Assembly: GCA_903885855.1 (NCBI GenBank)
Contig: CAISKG010000437.1
Coordinates: 1-44,345, forward strand
Reading direction: 5' to 3'
Source of the DNA: an uncultured Planctomycetaceae bacterium
GTDB taxonomy: Bacteria; Planctomycetota; Planctomycetia; Pirellulales; UBA1268
Length of the DNA stretch: 44,345 nucleotides
Shown: piece after piece, positions 1 to 12,165 of the stretch
Layout of the letters: every line of letters starts with the position of its first letter
How positions within the stretch are numbered: the stretch's first letter is position 1
The notes under the pieces: generated by a model
What the model was told of the DNA's origin: nothing
The model's input: the letters and a program-made list of their open reading frames with translations, nothing else
Databases searched by the model: none
Made by a program: the position numbers and the translations under genes

Positions 1-314
1 GCCGCCGGGGCGGCCGGCGCAGACGCGGGCTCGGGCTTGGCCTTGGCCGGGGCGGCGGGGGCGGCCGGCGCGGCGCCCGCGGCGTCGAGCGTCACGAGGG
101 TCTGGCCGACCTTGACGGTGTCCCCCTTCTTGACGAGCACGCTCGCCACGCGGCCGCCGGGAGGGCAGGGGACCTCGATGACCGCCTTGTCGGTCTCCAC
201 CTCCAGGAGCGCCTGGCCGGGCTTCACGACGTCGCCCGGGGAGACGAACACGCTGACGACGTCACCGGAGGCGATGTTCTCGCCGAGATCGGGCAGTTTG
301 AACTCGATGGCCAT
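1..314 (-). CDS. aceF: Dihydrolipoamide acetyltransferase (PDH E2), N-terminal lipoyl domain. The rest of the gene runs off the left edge of the window.
   Basis: Reverse translation from the ATG (complement of 312-314) gives MAIEFKLPDLGENIASGDVVSVFVSPGDVVKPGQALLEVETDKAVIEVPCPPGGRVASVLVKKGDTVKVGQTLVTLD, then an Ala/Pro linker. This is a lipoyl fold with the ETDKA lipoyl-lysine motif. It lies 81 nt downstream of the E1 gene on the same strand. It is absent from the ORF track because no stop falls in the window. Confidence 0.85.
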   Translation of the reverse strand, partial: MAIEFKLPDLGENIASGDVVSVFVSPGDVVKPGQALLEVETDKAVIEVPCPPGGRVASVLVKKGDTVKVGQTLVTLDAAGAAPAAPAAPAKAKPEPASAPAAPA

Positions 315-395
315 GGCGGGAGTGGGATGGGGGAGGAGCGGGATGGAAGGGACGGGGCCGACGCACGTCCGGCACGTTCGGCGGACGGCGCGACG

Positions 396-3287
<2,892 letters not shown>

Positions 3288-3321
3288 GGGCTACTCCGGG
3301 AGAGACTGGCAAACTTTCCCC

Positions 3322-3350
3322 ATTATTCCGCCCTTGCCGGGGAGCGTAAA
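3322..3350 (-). promoter_or_regulatory. Candidate sigma70-type promoter for aceE
   Basis: The minus strand reads TTTACG-17 nt-AATAAT, inside the only AT-richer patch of the 202-nt lpd-aceE spacer. It lies about 35 nt upstream of the aceE ATG. Consensus match only; not validated. Confidence 0.3.
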
Positions 3351-3489
3351 GGCCGTTTCCCCTCGGCTCGAAGCGCGGAAGTCGTTTTCGTCCAACGGGT
3401 TCCGAATCGCTCCGCGAGGCCCCGCGCCGCGTGGCGGGGGCCGGACCGCGGGCGGGTTGGGGCGGCCCCCCCCACGCCGGCGGCGGGCC

Positions 3490-4914
3490 TCACGACCGGG
3501 CCGCTTCCGACCGCGGCCGGTAGATCTCGGTGGCGGTGCCGAAGTAGTTCTCCGCCGAAAAGGCCACCGTCTCGCCGAGGGTGGGATGGGCGTGGATCGT
3601 CTCGGCCAGATCGCGGGCCGTGGCGGCCATCTCGATCGCCAGCGCGCCTTCGGCGATGAGCTCGCCGGCGCCCGCTCCCACGATCCCCACCCCGAGCACG
3701 GTGTCGGTCTCCGGATCGACGAGCATCTTCGTCAGGCCTTCGGTGCGCCCCAGCGCCTGGGCGCGGCCGCTGGCGGCCCAGGGGTAGCGGCTCACCTCCA
3801 CGGCGCGGCCGGAGGCCTTCGCCTCCTGCTCGGTGAGCCCGGCCCAGGCGATCTCGGGGTCGGTGAACACGACCGCCGGGATGCAGCGCGGCGCGAACAG
3901 GGCGGGATCGCCGTGGAGCGCCTCCACCGCCACCTTGCCCTGGTGGCTGGCCCGGTGGGCGAGCATCGGCTCCCCGCAGACGTCGCCGATGGCGAGGATC
4001 CGCGGGTCGCTGGTGCGCTGCTGGCCGTCCACCACCACGAATCCCTTGGGATCGATCGTGACGCCGGTGTTCTCGAGCCCCATGCCGTCGGAATTGGGGC
4101 GGCGCCCCACCGCCACGAGAACCCGGGCGAATTCCTTCTCGAAGGGCCCCTCCGGCCCCTCGAAACGCACGAGGATCCCCTTCTTCCGCTCCTCGAGGCC
4201 CGCCACCTTGGTCTTCAAGTGGATCGTCTCGAAGAGCTTCTCCAGCCGGGCCTGCAACGGCTTGACGAGATCGCGGTCGGCACCGGGAAGGAGCGTGTCG
4301 GTGAGCTCCACGCACGTCACGCGCGCGCCGAGCTCGGCGTACACCGTCCCCATCTCCAGGCCGATGTAACCGCCGCCGATCACCAGGAGCGAGTCGGGGA
4401 TCTCCTGGAGCTCGAGGGCCGACGTCGAGTCCATGACGCGCGGCGTGGGGAGGTCGAAGGCGGGGATCCGCGCCGGCCGCGACCCGCTGGCGAGGATGCA
4501 GTGGTCGAAGGTGACCGTCTGCGTGCCCTCCGCCCCGGCGACCTCGAGGGCCGACGACGACGTGAACCGGGCCGCCCCATGGATCAGCCGCACCCCGCGG
4601 CGGCGCGCCAATTGCCCCAGGCCGCCGGTGAGCGTGGTGATCACCTTGTCCTTGCGGGCCCGGAGGGCGTCGAGCTTGACCTTCGGCTTGCCCAGGTCGA
4701 TCCCCCAGGCATCGAGTTCGCGGGCCTCGGCCAGCACCCGACCGACGTGGAGGAGGGCCTTGGAGGGGATGCAACCGCGGAGCAGGCAGGTGCCGCCGAG
4801 GCGTTCGTCGCGCTCGACGATGGCCACCTCCATGCCGAGGTCGGCGGCGAGGAAGGCGGCCGCGTACCCCCCCGGTCCGCCCCCGAGCACCACGAGGGGA
4901 ACGTGCGTCGTCAT
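3490..4914 (-). CDS. lpd: Dihydrolipoyl dehydrogenase (E3)
   Basis: 474 aa. FAD-binding VVLGGGPGGYAAAF, redox-active disulfide GGTCLLRGCIPSK, and the C-terminal HAHPTLGE His-Glu dyad motif. Confidence 0.93.
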   Translation of the reverse strand: MTTHVPLVVLGGGPGGYAAAFLAADLGMEVAIVERDERLGGTCLLRGCIPSKALLHVGRVLAEARELDAWGIDLGKPKVKLDALRARKDKVITTLTGGLGQLARRRGVRLIHGAARFTSSSALEVAGAEGTQTVTFDHCILASGSRPARIPAFDLPTPRVMDSTSALELQEIPDSLLVIGGGYIGLEMGTVYAELGARVTCVELTDTLLPGADRDLVKPLQARLEKLFETIHLKTKVAGLEERKKGILVRFEGPEGPFEKEFARVLVAVGRRPNSDGMGLENTGVTIDPKGFVVVDGQQRTSDPRILAIGDVCGEPMLAHRASHQGKVAVEALHGDPALFAPRCIPAVVFTDPEIAWAGLTEQEAKASGRAVEVSRYPWAASGRAQALGRTEGLTKMLVDPETDTVLGVGIVGAGAGELIAEGALAIEMAATARDLAETIHAHPTLGETVAFSAENYFGTATEIYRPRSEAARS

Positions 4915-4988
4915 CGCGGCGTGCTCCGGGAAGGATCGGGACGGCCGGGCGGGCCCTGGCGGGCAGGCCGTCGGAGGAAGGGGAGATT

Positions 4989-5017
4989 GTTGTAGTTGTG
5001 CCGTCGGCTTCCTTCAA
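4989..5017 (-). promoter_or_regulatory. Candidate sigma70-type promoter for lpd
   Basis: The minus strand reads TTGAAG-17 nt-TACAAC within a short AT-richer island about 75 nt upstream of the lpd ATG. Consensus match only. Confidence 0.25.
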
Positions 5018-5266
5018 GAAACTCCCGGCGTGCCGAATCCGGGGGGGAAACGGCGGCCGCCCGGCGATCCGGCGGCGCCCCGACGGGCCCCCCGGCCCGC
5101 TCCCGACGCCGTGGCGTGCCGGCCCGGAATGGACCGCCACCCGCACCGCCCCTCCGCTCCGCTGCGATCACGGTCATGCGGGTCGCTTCCCTCCGGGCCC
5201 TGGTCGCGCTGACAGTCTGCGGACACCGTGATCCGCCACCGGATGCGGATAGACTCAACCTGCCGG

Positions 5267-5348
5267 GCGAGAGTGGCGGAACTGGCAGACGCGCTGGACT
5301 TAGGATCCAGTGCCGCAAGGCGTGCGGGTTCGACTCCCGCCTCTCGCA
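5267..5348 (+). tRNA. tRNA-Leu, anticodon UAG
   Basis: Hand-folded cloverleaf. Acceptor GCGAGAG/CTCTCGC with discriminator A. D arm GCG-GAACTGGCAGA-CGC. Anticodon stem CTGGA/TCCAG with loop CTTAGGA (anticodon TAG at 5301-5303). Long variable arm TGCCGCAAGGCGT, as expected for a class II Leu tRNA. T arm GCGGG-TTCGACT-CCCGC. CCA is not encoded. Confidence 0.9.
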
Positions 5349-5404
5349 CTCTTCCGCGCTGCCGATGCCGGGCGGCGTCCCCTCGGATCACCGCCGCCGT
5401 GCCG

Positions 5405-6697
5405 TCAGCGGAGCGGATTGCCAGGATTGGCGGTCACGCCGCGCAGCGTCGTCTCGGCGGCGTCGCCGGGAAACCCGCGCCGCGCCGGTCGCCATCCCTC
5501 CGTGGCACCGGCCCGCTGCCGACGGTCGGCCGTGTCGATCCCGGCACGCTGCTCGGCGGGCCGGAGCGGATTGCCGGGCGCCGCGACGACGCTCGGCTCC
5601 ATGAGCGCCGCCGGCGCGGCGGCGCCGTCATCCTCCGACGGTCCGGCGTCGGCGGCTTCGTCGATGTCGATGCGTCGCTCGCGCGGCGCGGCGGTCGACC
5701 GCCAGGCGCTGGCGGGTCGCGCGGGAGCAGCCCGGCGGGGCGACAGCAGCACGCCGGCGGCGTCACGGACGGCGGCGCCGCGGCTCGCGGCGACCGTCTC
5801 GTCGGCCGCCGGGGCCCGCGACGCGGCCCCCGATTCCTCCGGCATGGTGGCGTCGGGGTCAGCCTCCGGGGGCGGGCCGTCGGCTTCGTCCACCGGGGCC
5901 CGCGCCGCCGGCACGGGCGCTGGCATGTCGTCCGGGGCGTCGCCGCCCGGCCGGGCGGGAGGGGCAGCGGCGTCGACCGCCGGGCGCATCGGGGGCACCT
6001 CGGCGGCGTCGGCCGGCCCGTCGGCGGCTGCGTCGTCCTCGGGCGGGCTTCCGCCCTCCTCCTCCATCGTGGGGAGCTGCGACCGCGGGGGCACGACGGG
6101 GGTCGTCGCGGGATCGAAGTGGGCGACCTGCCGCACGCCCTGACCGGGCCACGAGCGCCATTGGGTGGGGTAGTAGCCGAAGTGTTCGGGACGCACCGGG
6201 CAATGCGCCGGGCAGCCGCCGGCGTCGCACCGGCCGTTGCATTCCAGGGCGATCCGACCACCGCCGGGGCGGCAGGCGTTGCAGCCGCGCCGTCCGCAGT
6301 GGCGGCAATCGGCGGTGACGATCCGTCCCGCTTGCACGACGCCCCCTCCGTCCGCCGCGGCCTGGGCCGTGGCTCCATCGGCCCGCACGACCGCCGGCGG
6401 CGTCGCGCCGGCCCGCTTCGCCGGCGCAGCCGGCGGCACGCCACCGCGACTGGTCGCGGCGGAGGCGGGGGCGGTCGTCGGCCGCGATGCCGTCGCAGCA
6501 CGCGCTCCTGCGGACCGCGTGGGGACCGTGGTGGCCGGCGCGGCGGCGGCTCCGGCAGCGGGGGGAGATGACCCGCCGGATCGGCGCAGGAACGACTGCG
6601 CCGTCGCCACGTCGGCACCGAGCCAAAGGCTCGCGATCGAAAGCAGCGTGCAGATGGCGCTTCCCCGGCGGGGGTCGGGCGGCAAGAGAGTCGGCAT
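5405..6697 (-). CDS. Secreted hypothetical protein with an 8-Cys module flanked by Ala/Pro-rich low-complexity regions
   Basis: Start chosen at the internal ATG (complement of 6695-6697), which gives a signal-peptide-like N-terminus, MPTLLPPDPRRGSAICTLLSIASLWLGADVATAQS. The track's longer 584-aa version would run into the divergent TPR gene. Third-position GC bias fits this frame. No family recognised. Confidence 0.6.
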   Translation of the reverse strand: MPTLLPPDPRRGSAICTLLSIASLWLGADVATAQSFLRRSGGSSPPAAGAAAAPATTVPTRSAGARAATASRPTTAPASAATSRGGVPPAAPAKRAGATPPAVVRADGATAQAAADGGGVVQAGRIVTADCRHCGRRGCNACRPGGGRIALECNGRCDAGGCPAHCPVRPEHFGYYPTQWRSWPGQGVRQVAHFDPATTPVVPPRSQLPTMEEEGGSPPEDDAAADGPADAAEVPPMRPAVDAAAPPARPGGDAPDDMPAPVPAARAPVDEADGPPPEADPDATMPEESGAASRAPAADETVAASRGAAVRDAAGVLLSPRRAAPARPASAWRSTAAPRERRIDIDEAADAGPSEDDGAAAPAALMEPSVVAAPGNPLRPAEQRAGIDTADRRQRAGATEGWRPARRGFPGDAAETTLRGVTANPGNPLR

Positions 6698-7133
6698 GCG
6701 GGGGCCTCGCGACGGATCACGAAGGACGGGGACACGCGCGCCCTCCGGGGCACCGGGGAGCGCGAGGCCCCCCAGGCCAGAAAGACGGCGTGGCAGGAAT
6801 ATTCGTCCCAATCCCTCCCGTTTCTTTGACCGCTTTTTCCGGCGATCCTTGATTCCCGGCAATGCGCTCGGGCGGTTCCTTCCCCATCGCGCAGGCCCCG
6901 GATAGACTTTTCCACGACGCTGGCGGCGGTCCGAAACTCGCTCGCACCCCCCATCATGAGGGTGCGCGGCGTGGTTTCGGGGGCTGCGGGGTATCGGCGA
7001 GACGCATCGTCCAGGAAGGATGGCGGGCCTGCCCACGGGCTGCCGGCCAGCGACACGGGCGCGCGACGCGAGCGAAGGGGATGGAGTTCGGCTGTCGTCG
7101 GAGGTTGTCCTCCGGGAATCGGCGGGATGATGC

Positions 7134-10100
7134 ATGCGTAAGGTCAACGTCCGGCTCATTCTGCTGCTGGCGACCTCGATCGTCGGCGGGCTCGTCGGCG
7201 TGTTCTTCCTCCACCGGTATCAGGTGGTGAGGAACGCCCATTCGATCCTCTCCCAGGCCCGGGACCGGGTCGCTGAGGACCGCGTCGACCTCGCCGTGGG
7301 CCTCTATGTGCGCTACGTCGGCCTCCGGCCCGACGACGCCGAGGCCCAGGCGGAATTGGCCAAACTGCTGCTCAAGCGGGCGCAGGCCCCGACGGCCAAT
7401 CGGCGCGACCTGCTCGCCGCGTTCGAGGCGCTCGAAGCGGCGGTCCGCAAGAGCCCGGAGGACGAGGATCTGCGCGAGAAACTCGGCTCGTTCCTCCTCC
7501 GGATCGGCAACGCCACCAACGCCAAGCAGCACTTCGCGACCATCCGGGAGGCCCGCCTCCGTGGGCCGCAGCCGGGGGACGAGGACGGCTCCCCGGTCGA
7601 GCGGCCCGCGGAATTGTCCGACGCCTCGATCGAACTCCGCTACGCCCAGGCCTGCGCCGCCTCGGGCAACTACGACGAGGCGTCGCAGGTGGCCTCGAAG
7701 CTCATCGGCTTCGACATCGGCACCAAGGCCTTCGACCCCGCCTGGGAGCCGCTGCCGGATTGCATCGACGCCTACGTGCTGGTCGCCGAATTGCTCGAAC
7801 GGCGTTTCAAGGATCCCGACAGCGCCGCGCGCGTGATGCGCCGCCTGCCGGAGGCCTACCCCAGGGAACACATGGCCTGGCTGGCGATGGCCCGCTGGAG
7901 CTACACGCACGGCGACCCCGGCGCCGCGGGGATCGAGGTGGCCAAGGCCGCCGAACTCGCCCCCGACAAACCGGAGGTCATGTTCGCCGACTTCGAGATC
8001 GCGCTGCAGGCGGGCAACTTCGAGCGGGCCCAGCGGATCATCCGGGAGCGGATGACCGAGTTCGCCGACGATCCGCGCGTGATCATCGGCCGGGCCGACA
8101 TCGCCCTGGCCCTCGGCGACGTGCAGGACGCGACGCAGACGCTGATCGACGGGGCCGAGAAGGTCAAGGACAACCCGCTCATCCTCGGCCGTCTCATCGA
8201 AGTGCTCTACGACCAGGAACGGCTCGACGAGATCCCCGCCCGGATCGAAAGGCTGCGGCAGGTGGAGGGCGAGGACGCGCCGTCGGTGATGTGGGCGGAG
8301 GCGCGGCTCTACATGAGCCGCGGGCAGTGGCATCAGGCCGTGGAACTGCTCCGCCAGATGCGCCCCCTGGTGGCGGCATCGCGAACCGTGGTCAACAACG
8401 TCGACCTGGCCCTGGCGATGTGCCACCAGTTCCTGGGCCAGCCCGACGAGCTGATGGAGGCCGCACGGCGCGTCGTCTCCGACGACCCCAGCTCCTATCA
8501 GGGCCGCATCGCGCTGGCGACGGCGCACGCCCTGGCCGGGAGGAACGAGGAGGCGTTGGCGGAGTTCGAGTCGCTCGCCGCGGCGCAGACGCCCGACCAG
8601 CTCGCGACCAAGCAGCTGCTGTGGGCCCCGCTGCTGGATCTGCGCACCAAGGACCAGCTCGCCCGCCCCGCGGACCAGCGCGATTGGAGCAAGGTCGACG
8701 CCCTCGTCGACATCCTGTCGCAGTCGCCCGTGATCGGCGACGACCTCCTGGCCACCGTGCGCTCCAACGTGCAGCGATCCAAGGGGGAGGCGTCGGAGGC
8801 GATCGTCACCGCGGCCCGGGCGCTCGAGGCCTCGCCGGACAGCCCGACGGTCACCACGCAGTACGTGAACCTCCTCCTCAGCTCCGGCCAGGTGGAGGAG
8901 GCGCGGAAGGTGATCGAGAGCCGTTCCCCCGAGACGCGGCGCCATCCGCTCGTCCTCTCCTCCGAGGCGCTGGTGGCGGCCAGCGAGGGGGAGGAGCGGG
9001 CCCCCGAGGCGCTCAAGGCCGTCGAGAACGCCGCCAAGACGCTGCAGTCGAAGGACGCGGTGCCGGTGCTGCTGTCGCTGCTGCGGATCCGGTTCGAGCA
9101 GAAGCGGTTCGACGAGGCGGAGCGCCTGGCGAAGACCATCCTCGACATGGAGCCGGGCGAGCTGCGCACCCATTCGGCCCTGCTCGATCTCGCCGCGGCC
9201 CAGCGCGACGTCGACAAACTCGGCGAGTACGCCGAGATGATCGGCAGCGTCGCCGGCCTGGGCTCGCCCCAGGCCCGGGTGGCGCAGGCCATGGTGATCC
9301 TCCTCGAGGTGCGCCTGAAACGCGAGAAGACGATGGGCTCCGACGTGGTGCCTCCGCCGCTGGACGCCGACGACCTGGCGAACCTGGACAGGGCGCGGGC
9401 GCTGCTGGTGGAGGCGGAGAACGACCGGCCGGGCTGGTACCAGATCCAGCAGGGCTTCGCCGAGATCGAGGGGCTGCGCGGCAACAACGACGCCGCGATC
9501 ACCCATCTCCAACGGGCCGTCGATCAGGGGGGCGTCGGGCCCGAGCGGCGCAAGTTCCTCGTCGGCCTGCTCCATCAGGCGGGGCGGCTCGACGAGGCGC
9601 GCAAGCTCATCGACGACCTCGGTGCCGAGGCCGGCTTCGCCGCCCAGCGCATCGCCGCGGACATCGACGCCAAGGAGGGGCGCACCGCGGCGGCCGTCGC
9701 GCGGGCGGAACGGGTCACCCGCGACGCTGAGCCATCGGCCGACAACCAGCTCTGGCTCGCACGGCTGCTGGAGGCGTGCCAGCGCGACGACGCGGTGGTC
9801 GAGGCGCTCGAGCGTGCCACGGAGCTCGCCCCCGACCGTGTCGACTGCTGGCTGGAGCTGATCCGCCAGCAGTTGCGGCAGGGCAAGTCGAAGGCCGCCG
9901 AGGAGAGCCTGACGCGTGCCAAGGGATCGCTCGAGGGGGTCAACAAGGCCTGGGTCGAGGCGGCCACGGCGGAGATGCTCGGCCAGCAGGACGAGGCGGA
10001 GCGGGCCTACCGGGCCGCCACGCAGGCGGCGCCCGCCGACCCGCGCATCGCCAGGCTGCTGGCGGAATACCTCATCCGCCGCGGCAAGATCGTGCCGGCG

Positions 10101-11540
10101 CGGCAAGAGATGCGCCGGATCATCGACATGCCCGAGGCCGTGGGCACCACCTCCCTCTACTGGGCGCGGCGTTCGCTCCTCCGGCACACGTCGGCCGGGA
10201 TCGACTGGAAGGAGTTGATGGAGCTGTGCGACCTCGTGGCGCTCAACATCGATCCCCAGGGCAATCTCACCCCCGACGACGCCAGGGTGGAATTCGCCGT
10301 GCTCATGGAGCGCGACGAGCCGGAGGCGTGGCGCCGGGCCGTGGCGATCATCGACGATCTCGGGCGCCGTCAGCGCCTCGACGCCGACCAGCAGGTGCTC
10401 CGCGCCTGGCTCCTCGACAAGCTCGGCAATTGGACCGAGGCCCGCGAGGCGCTGGTCGACATCGCCGCCGACGAGGAATGCTCCCCGGTGGTGATCGCCA
10501 CGCTCGTCGAGCAGCTGCTCGAGCACGGCGAGATGATCAGCGCCCGGACCTGGGCGGTGAGGCTGCGGGACCGGGCCCCGGACGCCCCGATGACGCTCCG
10601 CGCCGAGGCGCAGCTGGCGATCGCGGCGAACGACCGCGAGGCGGCCGCCGACTCCGCCCGCAAGCTGATCCCGACCGGCCCCCTCACGCCCGAGGGCGCC
10701 CCGTCGCTGGTGAAGACGGCCGAACTCGTCGAGAAGCTCGGCTTCCCGAAGGCGGCAGAGAAGTTGCTCGGTGACTGCGCCGCGGTCACTCCCGAGGGCA
10801 CCGTGGCCCTGGCGCGTTTCCTCGGCCGGCAGCAGCGCACGGACGAGGCCATGACCACGCTCGAGACGACCTGGGGACTCATGCCGGCGGTCACCCTCCT
10901 CGACGCGGGCATCGACATCCTCGCGAAGAACGGCGAGCAGCCGTCGCCCGACGCCGACGCGAAGCTCGTGCAGCTGGCGGATCGCGCCCGGCGGGCCGAC
11001 CCCGAATCGATGCTGCTGCGGCTCGTCGACGCGGTGGTGCGGGAGTCGGTGGGCGATACCGCGGCGGCCGAACGCCTCTACCGGGAGGTGCTCGCCGAAC
11101 CCACCGTCAGCCCCTCGATCGCCGCCCGCGTGGCCAACAACCTCGCCAAGGTGCTGGTGGATTCAGGCCGGGCCGACGAGGCGATGCCGTTGGTGGAGAA
11201 GTCGATGGAGCAGCTCGGGCCCCATCCCAACGTGCTCGACACCCGGGCCCTCGTGTGGCTCGCCAAGGGGGACACGACCCGGGCGATCGCCGATCTCCAG
11301 GAATCGCTCCTCGATCCCTCGGCGGTGAAGTACCTGCACATGGCCGTGGCCCGCTTCGAGGCCCGCCAGATCTCCGATTGCCGGGCGGCGCTGCTGGCCG
11401 CGGAGGCACGCGGTCTGCGGAAGGAACGCCTCGCCGCGCCGGAGCTCGAGCGCCTGGCCTACGTCGACAAGTCGCTCGGCGAATTCGCGCTCGACACGGC
11501 GGCCCCGGCGGTCGGTGCCCGCCTCACCGGCAGCCGTTGA
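7134..11540 (+). CDS. Large membrane-anchored tetratricopeptide-repeat (TPR) protein
   Basis: 1468 aa. N-terminal TM helix (LILLLATSIVGGLVGVFFL), followed by many TPR-like A/L/E/R-rich helical repeats such as LAVGLYVRYVGLRPDDAEAQAELAKLLLKR and LQRAVDQGG. Codon usage is consistent with the other genes in the window. Confidence 0.8.
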   Translation: MRKVNVRLILLLATSIVGGLVGVFFLHRYQVVRNAHSILSQARDRVAEDRVDLAVGLYVRYVGLRPDDAEAQAELAKLLLKRAQAPTANRRDLLAAFEALEAAVRKSPEDEDLREKLGSFLLRIGNATNAKQHFATIREARLRGPQPGDEDGSPVERPAELSDASIELRYAQACAASGNYDEASQVASKLIGFDIGTKAFDPAWEPLPDCIDAYVLVAELLERRFKDPDSAARVMRRLPEAYPREHMAWLAMARWSYTHGDPGAAGIEVAKAAELAPDKPEVMFADFEIALQAGNFERAQRIIRERMTEFADDPRVIIGRADIALALGDVQDATQTLIDGAEKVKDNPLILGRLIEVLYDQERLDEIPARIERLRQVEGEDAPSVMWAEARLYMSRGQWHQAVELLRQMRPLVAASRTVVNNVDLALAMCHQFLGQPDELMEAARRVVSDDPSSYQGRIALATAHALAGRNEEALAEFESLAAAQTPDQLATKQLLWAPLLDLRTKDQLARPADQRDWSKVDALVDILSQSPVIGDDLLATVRSNVQRSKGEASEAIVTAARALEASPDSPTVTTQYVNLLLSSGQVEEARKVIESRSPETRRHPLVLSSEALVAASEGEERAPEALKAVENAAKTLQSKDAVPVLLSLLRIRFEQKRFDEAERLAKTILDMEPGELRTHSALLDLAAAQRDVDKLGEYAEMIGSVAGLGSPQARVAQAMVILLEVRLKREKTMGSDVVPPPLDADDLANLDRARALLVEAENDRPGWYQIQQGFAEIEGLRGNNDAAITHLQRAVDQGGVGPERRKFLVGLLHQAGRLDEARKLIDDLGAEAGFAAQRIAADIDAKEGRTAAAVARAERVTRDAEPSADNQLWLARLLEACQRDDAVVEALERATELAPDRVDCWLELIRQQLRQGKSKAAEESLTRAKGSLEGVNKAWVEAATAEMLGQQDEAERAYRAATQAAPADPRIARLLAEYLIRRGKIVPARQEMRRIIDMPEAVGTTSLYWARRSLLRHTSAGIDWKELMELCDLVALNIDPQGNLTPDDARVEFAVLMERDEPEAWRRAVAIIDDLGRRQRLDADQQVLRAWLLDKLGNWTEAREALVDIAADEECSPVVIATLVEQLLEHGEMISARTWAVRLRDRAPDAPMTLRAEAQLAIAANDREAAADSARKLIPTGPLTPEGAPSLVKTAELVEKLGFPKAAEKLLGDCAAVTPEGTVALARFLGRQQRTDEAMTTLETTWGLMPAVTLLDAGIDILAKNGEQPSPDADAKLVQLADRARRADPESMLLRLVDAVVRESVGDTAAAERLYREVLAEPTVSPSIAARVANNLAKVLVDSGRADEAMPLVEKSMEQLGPHPNVLDTRALVWLAKGDTTRAIADLQESLLDPSAVKYLHMAVARFEARQISDCRAALLAAEARGLRKERLAAPELERLAYVDKSLGEFALDTAAPAVGARLTGSR

Positions 11541-11591
11541 CGCGGGCCGAACGGCGCTTCCGGGCCGCGTCGGCGCCGCCGCGGAAACCCG

Positions 11592-11906
11592 TCAGGGCCC
11601 CTGCAACGCCCGCGAGCGGGCCAGGGCGTCTTCGGCGTCCTGGATCCTTCCGGCCCGCACGCAGGCCACGCTGAGGGTGGTGTAGCTGAACGGATCGCGC
11701 GGCTCGAGGTCGCAGACGCGACGCGCGTGCGCGATCGCCTCGTCGTGGCGCTCGAGCTTGGTGCACCAGGCCGCCAGCGCCGAGAACGCCAGCGCGAAAT
11801 CGGGGTGATCCGCCACCACGGCCTCCATCGCACCGACCGCCTCGGCCAGTTTCCCCTCGTCCTTCAATCGCTGCGCCGCGTCGTAGCGCTCCTCCCGGCT
11901 GGCCAT
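11592..11906 (-). CDS. Small TPR-domain protein
   Basis: Start at MASREERYDAAQRLKDEGKLAEAV (ATG at complement of 11904-11906), preceded by GGAGGG. The sequence has TPR-like helices. It converges on the giant TPR gene. Confidence 0.65.
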   Translation of the reverse strand: MASREERYDAAQRLKDEGKLAEAVGAMEAVVADHPDFALAFSALAAWCTKLERHDEAIAHARRVCDLEPRDPFSYTTLSVACVRAGRIQDAEDALARSRALQGP

Positions 11907-12165
11907 CGAATACCCTCCATGCCGGCCCGCGGGGATGCCGGTGCCGGCTTCCGTCCCGCCGTTCACGGCGAGACCACGCATCCTCCGGAGCCAAGTCTAT
12001 GCGGCCGGTGGCGGCAGGCGTCACCCGGAGGCGAGGCACCCTGGGAAAAATGGGTCGGGGCGCTCGTGGCCGGGCCGAAATGGCATTGAATCCTCGCCAT
12101 GGGGAAGACGATAACCCTGCGGTCCGGCGTCCCGCGCGCCCCCATGCCCGCCCTGGAAACGAGCC

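Noticed and set aside
4915-5266. A noncoding stretch of about 350 nt between lpd and tRNA-Leu, considered as a possible sRNA or structured RNA gene.
   Set aside because: I could not fold a convincing conserved-type structure (no RNase P, SRP, tmRNA or 6S-like features), and I found only a weak promoter match for lpd. Without covariance or expression data there is no support.
5228-6571. A 447-aa plus-strand ORF, plus other ORFs at 4996-5604 and 5310-6143 spanning the tRNA region.
   Set aside because: They read straight through the tRNA-Leu gene and are antisense to the signal-peptide-bearing minus-strand gene. Their composition is degenerate.
7099-7114. A perfect hairpin CGGAGG-TTGT-CCTCCG 20 nt upstream of the TPR gene start. 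It contains a GGAGG that might be a sequestered SD.
   Set aside because: The GGAGG is about 30 nt from the ATG, too far to serve as the SD. Short GC hairpins of this size are frequent by chance in this composition, and nothing else supports a riboswitch or attenuator.
5267-7133. Possibility that tRNA-Leu marks the edge of an integrated genomic island.
   Set aside because: There is no integrase next to the tRNA, and I could spot no direct repeat of the tRNA 3' end downstream. There is no compositional shift either, and the neighbouring genes share the window's codon bias. xerC is 22 kb away and looks like the housekeeping recombinase.
6954-10526. A 1190-aa minus-strand ORF antisense to the TPR gene. 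Similar giant antisense ORFs lie at 14244-16712, 19170-21722, 22231-25587, 34605-36806, 36743-38842, 38458-40992 and 41530-43350.
   Set aside because: Each lies opposite a gene with unambiguous family motifs (MCP, CheA, amidase, NuoN/M/L/J/H). The products are degenerate R/G/D/H/P-rich strings. The pattern recurs opposite every real gene, which marks it as a compositional artefact and not overprinted genes.
11541-11591. Possible bidirectional terminator between the convergent TPR genes, and a similar one at 28092-28139 between xerC and the response regulator.
   Set aside because: Only 5-bp GC stems could be drawn (CCGCG/CGCGG and GCGGC/GCCGC), with no U-tracts. This is too weak to call.
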